From Octopus vulgaris (Eukaryota), in assembly GCA_951406725.2 (NCBI GenBank), contig OX597825.1, forward strand, positions 42,842,001-42,906,000: a DNA stretch of 64,000 bases, given 5' to 3'. Numbering within the stretch: position 1 is the first letter of the stretch; every line of letters begins with the position of its first letter. The notes below the pieces were generated by a model, which saw nothing but the letters and a program-made list of their open reading frames with translations, made no database searches and was not told where the DNA came from. A program made the position numbers and the translations under genes. Below are positions 12,205-23,880 of this stretch, piece after piece.

Positions 12205-13487
12205 TCAGTGGTTCGACTTGTTCGACTTGTTTTTCTTCTTCTTCTTCACTTTTATTTTTTCCTGGACTCGTGGGGGAGTCCGACGCAGGCCCTCGTATAA
12301 ATATGGAGATATGTCCAATCTCAGAGGGCCCACGTCATGAAAGAATTCGGATTTTATCCGTCCGTAATCCTTCCAGCCTATTCTATAAACAATGCAGTCT
12401 TTTGTTTTTTTAATTTTCTCCACCTTGGCCATGGCTGCCAAAACGTTAATTAGCCTGTTGTTGGCAGCCTTAATGGCCATAAATGTATTCGTCGCTTCTT
12501 TCCTCTTTTTTTGGCTCTCTTTCTGAGGGGTGGTTTCTGTTTTCCGTTTTTTTTTGGGTAATTTTTGACCATCCCTCCTCTTTTTCCTTTTCTTCGCCGC
12601 TTGTTGTTTCTGTTGCTTCTTTGGTTTCTGTAGTTTCTGGTGTTTTCTCTTCTGTTTTCTCTTCTGGCTGTGCTGCTTCCTGCGGTCTAGGTTGGCACTC
12701 CGCTCTCACGTGCCCCTTTTTACCGCAGCCGAAGCACCTCGGCTTTCTGCCCTCCACAAATACTAACACCCTCTCCTCCTCGCTGATCCTTAATATCTCT
12801 GGAATTTCTTCCAACGTCTGGACCTCCGCCTGTATCGCCATTGAGATGCATTGGCCTTGCCAATACTCCTCCTCCTCTACTGTAGCCTGGAGGCATAGTG
12901 ATCTTGTCCCCCAGGCCCAACATCCCTGCCGCCGCTAGGCATGTGGCGTCCGCCTCTGGCGGAATAATTTTTATTAATATTCTTGAAGTCCTTCTGCCTC
13001 TGTACAGGGGGAGGAGGAGTATATTCTCCGCTTTTAGAGGTTCGGTTGATAGCTTCTTTGCTATCTCCTCAGTCCTGAACCTCACCTCAACCGTTCCAAA
13101 TTTTCTGCCACGGTTTATATATGTGATGTCCTTCCATATTGTCTTTAGACAATTCTCAATTTTTTTCTCTTCCACTCTTTGAATGGTTTTCATCGTCGTA
13201 TTATATGTTTTGTAAATAATCCTTCTTTTATCTACTTCCTCTGTCTTTCTGACGTCTGGTATCACTGTTACTTCATTACCTTCCTTTTTCAAACATGCTG
13301 CATATTTTTCTAAGTTGCTTTTATCCGTGTTGATTTTTTTCTGTTTTTTTCCCGCAACTTCTGCGAACTTCTTCGCTGGGGCTTCTTCTATTTTCGGCGT
13401 CACCGCCGGTGAACTTTCTTCACCTGATACAGGTGAATAGGAGATAGGAGTCTCCATCTCTGGATGTGGCTTTACAAGCCTTTTCAA
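12205..13487 (-). pseudogene. Tx1 ORF1 (zinc-knuckle RNA-binding protein) broken by two frameshifts
   Basis: Overlapping ORFs 12720-13487, 12470-12841 (VEGRKPRCFGCGKKGHVRAEC) and 12205-12480; stop lies 13 nt before the ORF2 ATG. Confidence 0.85.
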
Positions 13488-13723
13488 TTGGCTTTAACAG
13501 GCCTTCAAAAAATTCTGGCTATTTTAAACTGTTCCACAATAATTGTTTCACAACAATTCCCCCGCGGGGGGGGGGGGATTTTAATACGTAGCCTTCGCGC
13601 GAAGGCTAATAACAGTTTTACACAAAATACACAATATATAAAACAAAGTAACAATAATTAAATTAACAAACCGGTTATAAACAGCAATCGACAAAACAGC
13701 CTGGTGTATAACAGACTGGAATT

Positions 13724-15636
13724 GTTTTATTCCTACCCACAAGGGGCAACATAGAGGGGACAATACAATCGGGAAAAATAAAATAATGAATTATGAAGTT
13801 TGTACAATGTGGTGTAATGCCCACTCGATCCCCGAAATCGAGCGGTTACATTTCGTCATTTTTTTTTTATTCGTCAACAATATTTTCCAAATAAAACATT
13901 TTACACATTTTCAACATACATTTCAAAAATTTTACAAAGTTCAACATTTTTTTTTTCAGAATTTAAAGTTCTTTTTATCATTTCCAAATTAAAGTTTTCA
14001 CAATACCTTTTCTTTTATATATACTCCATTATCTCTACCAAATCTTGGTAAATTTCCATCGTTCGTGGCCACCTGTAAGTCGGCATTTCATATGTTTTGA
14101 CACGTTCTTGCCAGCTGCCTCGATGAACGCCTCAGCGTTGTTCTCGTGGACGAGTGCACCTGTTTCTTTCCATTCGGTGCCCATCTTGACCCACGTATAT
14201 CCATTTGTCACGTTTATTAAATCTTCCATCTCCTCACAGTGCCTGTGATGGATCAATGTTCCATAGTATTTGAATTTTCTATTCGTACCTGCATTTTGTC
14301 TAGTTTTTCTCTTAGGACTTACTTCCTCTTTTTTCTCCTCTCTCGGTTTCTCTCTTTCTCTCTTTTTGCTTTCTCTTCTTTCTTTTTCCTTCTCTTGTCT
14401 TTTAGACTCTTTGTCTGTCGTCTCTCTACCCTGTGCCTTATGTTCCTTTCCTGTAGTTTCTTTTTCTTTTTGCATACCATCTTTTCCTTTCTCTTGGTTC
14501 TGTTCCTTCTCTTGTTCTTTTCCTGTTTTTTCTCTTTCCTTTAATGTACTTTCCTTTTCTTTCTCTTGCTTCTGCCTTGGCTCCTTCTCCACTACTTCTC
14601 CACCCTGTGAATTTTGCTCCTTTTCAACTATCTTCTTCCCTTTGTTTTCATTTTCCTTCAGTGCGCTGTTACTTCCCTTCTCTTGTTGTTTCTCCGTTAT
14701 TTCCTTTTCCTTGTTTTCGCTGTTCTTTCCTTCATGTTCTTTTTCTTTCTCTCCACTTTGTGTCTCTTTTTGCTCCGCTGTGAATTCATACAGCGGACAT
14801 TCCTTTTTTATGTGCCCTCTTGACCCGCACAAGTAGCAAATCGGTTTTCTTCCCTCCACAATTACACTAATTGTTTTCTCGTTTTCTATTTCTATTTGGA
14901 AGGGAAACCTTTCGATGTCTTCCATTGTGGCCATCACCCACAACTCTACTCCGAATCCCTTCCAATTTACAACGTTGGTCTCCTTGATTGACCCTATTTC
15001 TACTTCCTCCTTTGCTGACCCTAGAATGGCTGTTACCAGCATTTCTGTTTTTATTTCTGGGGGCACCTTTGGGACTCTTACCCGTACCCCTCGCATTCCT
15101 TTATACGTCGGCCACATAGTGACAGTTTCGGCTTTCAGTACAGTGGAAGCCAATGCGGCCGCCACTTCCTTTGTTGCGCATCTCACATCCACCGTACCAT
15201 ATTTCTTTCCTCTGTCTACAAAAGTTGCTTTTTTCATGATGTCCCCCAGACATTTCTCTATTTCTTCAATCGTCACTCTCACCAGTTTTCTCGTGTCCCT
15301 ATCTTGCGTTCTATACGTTATCGTCTTGTTATTTCTCTCCTCTATTGTTTCAACAGGCGGGACCAGCTTCACGCTGTCACCCTCCCTTTTGACGAACTTC
15401 TCGTATTCCTTCAATTGTTCTTTTCTAAAGAACACTTCTCTTATTCTAAGAGACTCATCACTTTTTGTTGTGGCGACCCCCGCGTAAGTCTCCATGACTT
15501 GAGGGTCGACACACCTTCTATAAAAGATTCAAACACGCAGCGGCAAACGCCTCGCGCGATTCAATTTTTGACAATTTTTTAACAGTTTTTTTCCAAATTT
15601 TTCACATACAAAATAACTAAACAACACACTCAATAA
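13724..15636 (-). mobile_element. ORF1-only non-autonomous retroelement ('half-Tx1', HAL1-like organisation)
   Basis: Single ORF1-like CDS, ~310-nt 3'UTR ending in the Tx1 tail (ttgtcccctctatgttgccccttgtggg..aataaaac), no RT sequence; AGACTGGAATT duplicated at 13713-13723 and 15637-15647. Confidence 0.8.
14035..15495 (-). CDS. Intact ORF1-like protein (486 aa) with CX2CX4HX4C knuckle and long E/K-rich tract
   Basis: RGKKYGTVDVRC vs RGRKFGTVEVRF in the neighbouring ORF1; VEGRKPICYLCGSRGHIKKEC. Confidence 0.88.
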   Translation of the reverse strand: METYAGVATTKSDESLRIREVFFRKEQLKEYEKFVKREGDSVKLVPPVETIEERNNKTITYRTQDRDTRKLVRVTIEEIEKCLGDIMKKATFVDRGKKYGTVDVRCATKEVAAALASTVLKAETVTMWPTYKGMRGVRVRVPKVPPEIKTEMLVTAILGSAKEEVEIGSIKETNVVNWKGFGVELWVMATMEDIERFPFQIEIENEKTISVIVEGRKPICYLCGSRGHIKKECPLYEFTAEQKETQSGEKEKEHEGKNSENKEKEITEKQQEKGSNSALKENENKGKKIVEKEQNSQGGEVVEKEPRQKQEKEKESTLKEREKTGKEQEKEQNQEKGKDGMQKEKETTGKEHKAQGRETTDKESKRQEKEKERRESKKREREKPREEKKEEVSPKRKTRQNAGTNRKFKYYGTLIHHRHCEEMEDLINVTNGYTWVKMGTEWKETGALVHENNAEAFIEAAGKNVSKHMKCRLTGGHERWKFTKIW

Positions 15637-15984
15637 AGACTGGAATTTGTTAGCTCTACTCTTTTCTCTACATTGTATACTTTATAGAAAATAGTCTTTT
15701 CTTTAATCTAATTTTTTATTATCCATCTGGACTATTCCATTTCTGCACGCTAATTTTATTTTTAATTTAATTCCCATTCATGTGAAACCACTTATTCAAG
15801 TTCAAATCATTGATGCAATTTTATACCAATTGCTATTTTTACTTATATTATACTTTAGTTTGATTTTAATTATTGCTTACTACATATAATTCAATTGGTA
15901 TTATTATTTTTATTGTTAAAGTGAAAGCATCTGACATAAAATAGAGAAATATTTTTGTTTCACTTTTAACACGTAATACTGAAA

Positions 15985-16275
15985 TAGTGGAGAAAATATG
16001 ATATTGCTATGGGCTCGCTCTAGGCAAGAAGTTGAATTCTTTTTCTGCCCGTGAAACTACATGGACCCTAATTAAGGCATGTGTAAAATTTGAATGAAAT
16101 TGGTTGTGTAGTTCTCAAGTTTTAGGGAATCGTAGTGGAGAAGATATGATATTGCTGTGGGCTCGCCCTAGGCAAAAAGTTGAAATTTTTTGCCGATGAC
16201 ACTCCCCGGACCCTAAGTAAGGCATATGTAAAATTTGAATGAAATTGGTTGTGTAGTTCTTAAGTTTTAGGGAAA
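15985..16275. repeat. Two-copy 148-bp tandem repeat inside the Helitron-like element
   Basis: tagtggagaa.atatgatattgct...aagttttagggaa at 15985 and again at 16133. Confidence 0.9.
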
Positions 16276-16679
16276 CACACAGACATATAGACTGACACAC
16301 ATTCTCAGCTTTATATATATAAGGATATATAAATTTATATAAATAAGAATAAGATCGATATTTAAAATACCGATCTTATCGGGTGGCCAGCATGGGAATA
16401 AAAACTATTCAAAGGTAATAATTATTTAAAATTATAATTTAGGGTATCTAAGAGATACCTCCACGCTGGAAATAGTAGTCAAAACGTGACTCTAAAACCG
16501 CATTAAATGTTCATACAGCACCGGGAGAGAAGACATAGAGACAAAATAAACTAGCAAAATAATTACTGGATAATTCCAGATCCCGGAATTCTGACTTTGC
16601 ATAAGAAATGCTCTGCCTTCATCAGTGGAATACACTCAGATAGCACATAAATACAAATATATATATATATATATATATA

Positions 16680-16830
16680 TAGGGAGAGTTTACGAAAAAA
16701 ACAAAAGACGAAGACAGGTGGTGTACAAAGCAAACAGATGTATTAGTATAATGCTCAGGAATAGAAAAAGTCTTTTACGTTTCGAGCCTACGCTCTTCTA
16801 CAGAAAGGGACATAGAAAAACATAAATATA
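16680..16830 (-). mobile_element. Short Penelope-like terminal-repeat fragment with hammerhead-like motif (related copy ~38750-38900)
   Basis: Shared aaaacaaaagacgaagac...gtcttttacgtttcgagcctacgct; both copies adjoin TA-rich microsatellites. Confidence 0.55.
16772..16807 (-). ncRNA. Minimal type I hammerhead-like motif with variant core (CUGUAGA)
   Basis: cttt-CTGTAGA-a-gagc-gtag-gctc-GAA-ACGT-A-aaag. Confidence 0.45.
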
Positions 16831-17024
16831 AAAATAAAGTAATGACAATAATAACAGTTTTACGTAAAGTTCAAAGGTGTTTTGGCGTTGTGGTGTATTG
16901 CAAGGATTTCTCATCAAGAGTAGAGTCCACAGTGATCCGTAGGTAGGAGAGGTGCAGCCGGAGGGTAAATGTCCAAACTAGAATCCGTAATGGGTAGAGA
17001 GTCCAGTGGAGAAGTTCGTGTGTG

Positions 17025-17065
<41 letters not shown>

Positions 17066-18817
17066 GTAAAAAATAAATACAAACATGGACAAGAACAGAA
17101 ACACCAAGGAGACGAGACAAGAACCACAGGACGGGACATTCGAAGCCCTCAGTCATCAGTCAAGAACCAGATCATCTTCGCAATTTCGGCTGATTAATCT
17201 TGAGATTGCTCCGATCTGGGCAGCCCCCAAGGGAAATCTAAGCCAAGCGCATTAGATCCCTTGGAAGAAAGCTTCGAATGTATACAACACAAGGACGGAA
17301 AAAGAACGATGTACGCGAATAAAAATACAGAATACGTGACAACAATAAGGAAAGCACGAATAAGAATACAAAAACGTAAAAACAATAACGGTAAGGATAA
17401 AAAACAAAACAAAACCAGGACGTAGGACAAGGGTCTTTCGACAGAACGAGTTGAGTTGGGGCTGGCTTATGAAGTTGTGCCTTATGGCCGCGGGAGACGA
17501 ACAAAAACGTGTTGCTTCGACGACTGCTGGAACGAAAAGGGCGCCCAGCAGTGGCTAGCGGTCACGTGAGGACAAAAGACAGGAGAAAGGGACAGATGAA
17601 GAGAGAGAGAGGGTGGACGAGGGAGGAGAAGAAAGAGACAGATCGAGGGGAGTGGAGGTAAGAGAGATAGAGAAACGTAGGAGGGGGGGACGATGTATGT
17701 ATATATACATATAACATATGATATACTTACATATAAGAACGAATATATATGCACGTATGCACACGACCGGTTTAAATTGCCCGCCTTAGAACTCCTAGTG
17801 TGATATGGTCAGAATAAACACCGCGGTGAATATAAAGACGAAATAAACATATAATTATATATATATATGTATATTCAATACACACAAACACACAAGCAAC
17901 TACAAAGTACTTTTGATTTGGTTACATCCGTTTCATTTATGCTACAACATTAATCTTTAATTTAAAGTTAGTATCTTTGTAAAGAAAGCCATTCTCTAAC
18001 ATGATGCCTAACGATCTATCTTTCCTATCTTTCATTTTCTTTTTTAAGCGGGTTCTGGAATCCCTATCTATCTTCTACTAAGGAATTCTTCGGATATATT
18101 GTCAAATGCTGGTTGAACCTCTTTGCTATACCGTCTTTTTCTTCCTTGCTCTTTTGTTCTTTCTAAAATATTATAGTGATTAGATAATAATTTTTTTTTT
18201 CTCACATAAACGCGAAAACTGCAAAAATTTAAAAATAATCCATTTGCTATCCGAATTTCACTTTATATATGAAAGTTGTATATTTCATGGTTCAAGCTGT
18301 TATATGAAACAAACAAGTAGACTATTTTCCTGTTAGCTAACAAACATCGACGAGAAGGAACAATAGTTAGCAAAATTGCCATCCTACACAACACTGAATT
18401 AGAGGATTATCACTGACAACATTCTTAAGAGCAATTTAAGGAAAATCAGTCAACACAAAGATGCAACATAAATAATTCAAATTGTAAAAATAACAGAGTT
18501 GGGAAATATGAAATCCCTTCAATAATGATTTCATGAATTATTATATAACTACGTTGATCATCTACTTTATCCTAAATATACTTAGCGGCGATGACGCTGA
18601 AGATGTTTTCAAAACGGTAGTGGGATTTTGTTCCAATTGAACAAGGTCAAATACATACATTCATACGCAAGTGCTTACGTACATGTATACATAACATGCA
18701 TGAATATATACACATGCACGAATATATACACATGCACGTGTTTATAAATACACACATTTATGCATATATATATGTGTGTGTGCGTGTGTGTGTGTGCGTG
18801 TGTGTGTGTGTGTGTAT

Positions 18818-18948
18818 GTGCTAAGAAGCTTACTTTCCAAACACTTTCGTGACACCTTGGCCTAGTGTCTTCAACTACAACCTCAGCCCGACTAAAGCTT
18901 TGTGAGTGGATTTGGCAGACGGAAGCTGACTAAAAGAAACCAATCGTG

Positions 18949-19030
<82 letters not shown>

Positions 19031-19225
19031 TGTGTGTATGTATGTGTGTGTGTGTATGTCAAACGATGCTGGTGTCTTTATGTCTCTGTTACTTAGCAGT
19101 TTAGCAAAAGAAATTGACAGAATAAGTACTAGGATTACAAAGAATAAATCGTAGGATCGATTTGTTCGACTAAAACGTTTTCAAGCAGTGCTCCAGCATG
19201 GCTGCAGTCAAATGGTTGAAAAGTA
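18818..19225 (+). mobile_element. tRNA-derived CORE-type SINE with internal microsatellite
   Basis: caccttgg..agtgtctt...gtgagtggatttgg...ccagcatggctgcagtcaaatg; homologous copies at ~23230-23580, 23700-23880 and 31945-32490. Confidence 0.7.
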
Positions 19226-19289
19226 GCTAAAAAGTATTTTTAAATATATGTATGCATGTATGCATATGTATGTATATGTATGTATGTAT

Positions 19290-19465
19290 CTAGGTAGGTA
19301 GGTAGTTAGGGAGGTAGATAGGTAGGTAGGTAGGTAGGTAGGTAGGTAGGTTGGTAGGTAGGTAGGTAGGTAGGTAGGTAGGTAGGTAGGTAGGTAGGTA
19401 GGTAGGTAGGTAGGTAGGTAGGTATATATATGTATGTATGTTGATAGGTAGGTAGGTAGGTAGGT
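19290..19465. repeat. (GGTA)n microsatellite
   Basis: Seen directly. Confidence 0.95.
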
Positions 19466-19669
19466 TATAATGAAACTTAGAAGCCATGTGAAATACAGCT
19501 ACCCAGGTTTTCCTGGTCGAAAATTGATAACAAAACCGTTTCATAGCTCTTTTCAAAGCACACATTTGAACAAGGACCGCTCATAAGGAAGTAGACAGAA
19601 AAGGAAACACGTGAGAGATAACCTATGTTACAACGAACATATGTCAAAAATACGTAATCAGATGAGAGT

Positions 19670-19980
19670 GGTTTAAGATGTGTCCGGTGGTCTATATTTA
19701 AATTCTGCCAAGATGTATTTATTAAAATACGGACACATGGAAAATATCTCATTCCTCAAATTTACGCAGCCATTGACTACTCTTAAGTTCTTTAAAAGAA
19801 ATTGTTTTTCGGGAGAACATATTGAACATGCTTTAGACCCGTTAATATAGGTTTTCATTTTCGATCTTTAGACACAGTGAGAAGAAACATACAACAACAT
19901 CACGGCATTAATCTCGAAGTTTGAAGACGAAGGGATTAAATACGACATTGACTGGAAAATCCGTTCCAAAACCAAACATT
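19670..19980. mobile_element. Penelope-like element remnant (C-terminal endonuclease region), partly inverted
   Basis: Minus: SKACSICSPEKQF...NLRNEIFSMCPY; plus: GIKYDIDWKIRSKTK. Both resemble the Penelope C-terminus. Confidence 0.55.
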
Positions 19981-22900
19981 ATCTTTACTGTCTTAGATCG
20001 AATGCTATTCTACATATTGAAGCCTTGCCACACAGTATATGTGTATGTGTCTGCGTGTGTGCGTGCATGTGAGCGCATGCGTATGTATAGATATAATTGC
20101 ATGTATGTATATCTATTCTATATATTTGTCTATCTATCTAAGTGCATAAATCCTTGATTTCTTTGCAAAATTAAGTAGAAGAAAGCATATAAACATATCT
20201 TTTGTTTTACTGCAGGTTTCGTTTCTCATTACACTTTCATGCACCTCACAGTACTTCAAATTTAATTATACTTCGAGAATATAGGTTTTTGTAACTTATG
20301 TTACCAATTGTGTTTGGAGTATAATTGTCCAAGAATGCGCAACTGCAAACGAAAATTTCGTTTTGTATTACTTAACACGTAAAAGGAAAAAGGTTTAGCT
20401 AAGAGACAAACATGGTCGTGTTTTGGTCTTATTATGGATGCAACATCAAAGTATATTCTTCATCATTCTTGCTTAAATATTTATGAGAGAATGGCTTGGC
20501 GAATTCTATGCAACTCGATATATTCTTGTTTACTTATTTAATATTTTCCCCTTCGGCAAGTATGATGAATTTGGGCATCACTGATGAATTCTTAACATAA
20601 CCGAAGCATATCATATTAAGGATACACTAAATGGCGGAGTCGGAATAGTTCATCTACATAAGTTGGATTTTCTCCGTTTTCGCCGGAATCTTTAATTTGT
20701 TTTTTTGCACCGTACACTTCAAAATGTTGGGGAAGCTTTTATAAAAAAATTAAATACATAATTTCTTTAAACACCGCTTCCTCTCTCACTTGCCACTACC
20801 ATAGTAACTTCACGAAATCATCACCATTAGAATATTATCCCTTCCTTATACTCCATATTCTGAAACACATGTAATTCAAATTTCTAGATGGAAAAATAAT
20901 TGGAATCCATGTATTTAAAGGCCCAACACCACCACCACCACCACCACAACACCAAGAAAATTAACTGCAACTAGCATGGAAAATACTTTTTTGTTAGTTT
21001 TATTCATTTTATTATATTCCACGTTCTGAAACATGGAATTCACATGTAAAGCAAAACAACAAATAAATTATTATCCGCCTCCCATCGTGCCTTTCTCGAC
21101 TGAAATATTTTCCTTTTGCTTATTTTTGCTGTTTTTCTGTTATTTTCATGCCAAGTTGTAAACATTTTTTTCTTTGCGATATTAAAATTGAATCAACAGA
21201 AAAAAAAACAAGACTATATAAGCACATACCATATTTACATTGATTCCCATGAAATTTCATTTTATATACCATATTTTCAGCATTCAAGATAAATAAACAG
21301 AAATAAATATTAGGCCTAATATTTAGGACAAGGAGCTGTTGCAAGAAACTATAATTATGAAAGCAAGAGATATTTTCGGTCTTAAACTTTTCTTAAATTA
21401 AAAATATTATTTTATACATTTTCAAATACTGAAATTAATTTTTCGTTTTTAATTGTGAAAAGTACAATGAAGAGGGTTGTAAGAGTTCTTATTGTGGTTG
21501 TTGTTATATTTTGTGGGATGGTTGTCAACTGTTAAAATACATGAATTAAAATTGTTTCCCTCTAAAATTTACATACGTTTCAGAATATGGAATATAACGA
21601 TATGGAAAACATTAATAGGGGGGAAAATTCATAGTGAGATAGGCGTGAAGGTACGAGGATGGAGGAAAGAGGAGCGACGTTTAAAATAATAATGGATTAA
21701 AATTATCTTTGTAAATGGCTTTTCGCATCATTTTGAAATGCTTGCTGAACAAAAACTAAAAGAAAAAAATCCTGCTTAAACAGAGACAATCAAACTTATG
21801 TGGGTGAGCTATTCCGAAACTATCCCATCTCGGCAAATAATAGTAAAAATATATGCAAATAGAGATTGTATATCAGCTATCAAATATTGTCCACTGTACT
21901 CATATGTTAGCGTTTTACTTAAGTGAATGGGATTTATTATATCGGCAACTGAAAAAATATGTATTTGTATCTTATTCACAATCCCCCACCCACAGAAGTG
22001 ATAGATGATCGCTACATACTGCCATATCATGAACGCTCAGTATATAATTCCCAATGTTTTAATCTTTAGTTTGTTGTTCCTTGTGAATTGTATAGAATCA
22101 TGAACGGCATCCCAATTGTATCATTCCGTGTAGAACAGTCAATAATCTACCAGCAGATTTCATATATTTATTACTCTCTTAAATGCCATTGAAAAGCAGA
22201 GTAAGCTATTGTTTATGCAAGCTGAAATGCTTTAGAAGAAAATGACAAATATGCAGATAAAAGTTAGACAACAAAAATCCGGAGACATATAACAGCAGAC
22301 GATGTGAAATGAATTTTGGAAGGAGTAATAGATATTACAAAGTTCGTCAATTTTCAACAGTTTAGTGAAATAAATATGTGACCTCTAAACTGAAACCTTG
22401 TTGCACACTCCGTTTGCTGAAAGTTATTATATCGGCTCTAACGTGACTCGTAGACAAGAGTTTAAGAATGTTTATGGTGATCTAGATGCCGCTAACATCA
22501 AAGTAGGGCGCAAATTCCGTTTTATTAGAATTCTAACTCCACTATTTAACATTTAAATATGGAATGAGATATGACAACAAGAGGAGTCATTAAAGTGAAT
22601 CGGCGATGAAAATATTAGATATGTGTGATGAGTAATTTTCTCTGACTTAACATATTTACCAATCGATTACACAATACTCTTGATATTCCACTAATTGACA
22701 CTGAAAACTATAAAAAAAAACTTCTTCGAATAATATTTCAAGCTTTCCTACTCCAAATGTTTTACACATGATACACTTGTACTGACATTTATTCCTCTCC
22801 TATATAATCATTATTAATCTAAAAGGTCTGAAAAATGATTCATTTCAGTCAAAAAGAATTGTGAATTTACAAATAATGATTCACAACTTAAAAACAAGCT

Positions 22901-23229
22901 GACAAAATTATGGCTCGTATTCATGTGACCCATGAATTGAGAATATGCATATTTACGGAATATTTTGACATAATATTCCTTTGCAGAAGTCGAATAATAT
23001 GCTTGTAAGTTTGCAGCTCTTAGTCTGTCTTCCTTAATTATTAAAGGGAAAAAACTTGCTAGCCACGCTGAAACAAAAGTACAATTTTAAAGATGGAAAA
23101 TTATATCGCTGTGGAAATCAAATGTTTTAGCATTATTTGCAAGCATTTTTACTGTTATTCCCACTTCTTACATTAGGATAATTATAATTACTTACGTGCA
23201 AGAAACTTTGTGAGGATAGATGCAGACTT

Positions 23230-23580
23230 AGCTGGGTGTTGTAAAAAGATTCCCAACAACATTGCTCCGAGTTCAGACCCATTGCGTGGCACCTTGGGCA
23301 AGTGTTTTCTACTATAGCCCCGGGCCGACCAAAGCCTTTCGAGTGGATTTGGTAAAAAGACAAAAACAAAGAGGCACATATCTATGTGTGTGTGTCTCTG
23401 TGGCTGTGTTTCTCTTCACCACCACAACCACCGCTTGGCAACCGGTGTTAGTGTGTTTACGCTCCTGTAACTTAGCGGTTTGGCAAAAAATCGATAGAAT
23501 AAGTACCAAGCTTATTTGACTAAAATTCTTAAAGCAGCGCCCCAGCATGACCGCAGTTTAATGACTGAGAGACGTAAAAG
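23230..23580 (+). mobile_element. CORE-type SINE
   Basis: B-box-like gagttcagaccc, CORE-like gcaccttgggcaagtg, and the same 3' part as the 18818 copy. Confidence 0.75.
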
Positions 23581-23699
23581 ATAAAATTTAAAAGAAAGAT
23601 ATGTATGCATGTATATGTATGTATATACGTATGTATGTATGTACGTATATATATATATATATATTTATGTATGTATGTGTGTATGTGATTGTGTTTCTT

Positions 23700-23880
23700 G
23701 CCCACCGCCGCTTGACAACGGGTGTTAGTCTGTTTAGGTCCCCGTAATTTAGCAGCTCGGCAAAAAATGGCCGATAGAATAATTATCAGGCTTTAAAAGA
23801 TAAATACTGGAATTGAGTCGTTCGACTAAAACTCTTCTTGGCTGTGCCCCATCATGGCCGCAGTCAAATGACTGACACAA
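23700..23880 (+). mobile_element. 3' part of the same SINE family
   Basis: cgcttgacaac...catggccgcagtcaaatgactga. Confidence 0.7.

Larger units (their letters stand above)
8551..13708 (-). mobile_element. Full-length Tx1-clade (L1 group) non-LTR retrotransposon
   Basis: ORF1 with CCHC knuckle, ORF2 with APE-RT-zinc finger, 3'UTR; TAACAGACTGGAATT duplicated at 8196-8210 and 13709-13723. Confidence 0.92.
8028..16325 (-). mobile_element. Non-autonomous Helitron-like element (~0.85 kb of its own sequence) interrupted by Tx1-family insertions at 8211-15647
   Basis: Minus strand starts A|TCCTTATATATATAAAG at 16325 and ends with hairpin gacccg-N7-cgggtc (8039-8057) then CTAG|T at 8028; no TSD; sits in (TA)n; internal 148-bp tandem repeat. 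Confidence 0.65.

Noticed and set aside
14045-15487. Plus-strand S/F/L-rich ORFs (also 12483-12938, 58645-59328, and minus-strand 62471-63334)
   Set aside because: Antisense shadows of purine-rich retroelement ORFs.
15985-16275. Repeat array as a possible CRISPR
   Set aside because: Only two long contiguous units, no spacers, eukaryotic context.
16600-16630. CTGATGA on the minus strand (also ~17153-17159 minus, and ~54725 and ~55648 plus)
   Set aside because: No properly placed GAAA strand and helices, so not called as hammerheads.
21800-22150. Possible host exons (ttttttcag acceptor and gtatgt donor on the minus strand)
   Set aside because: No consistent open frame or recognisable protein; short exons cannot be excluded without RNA data.
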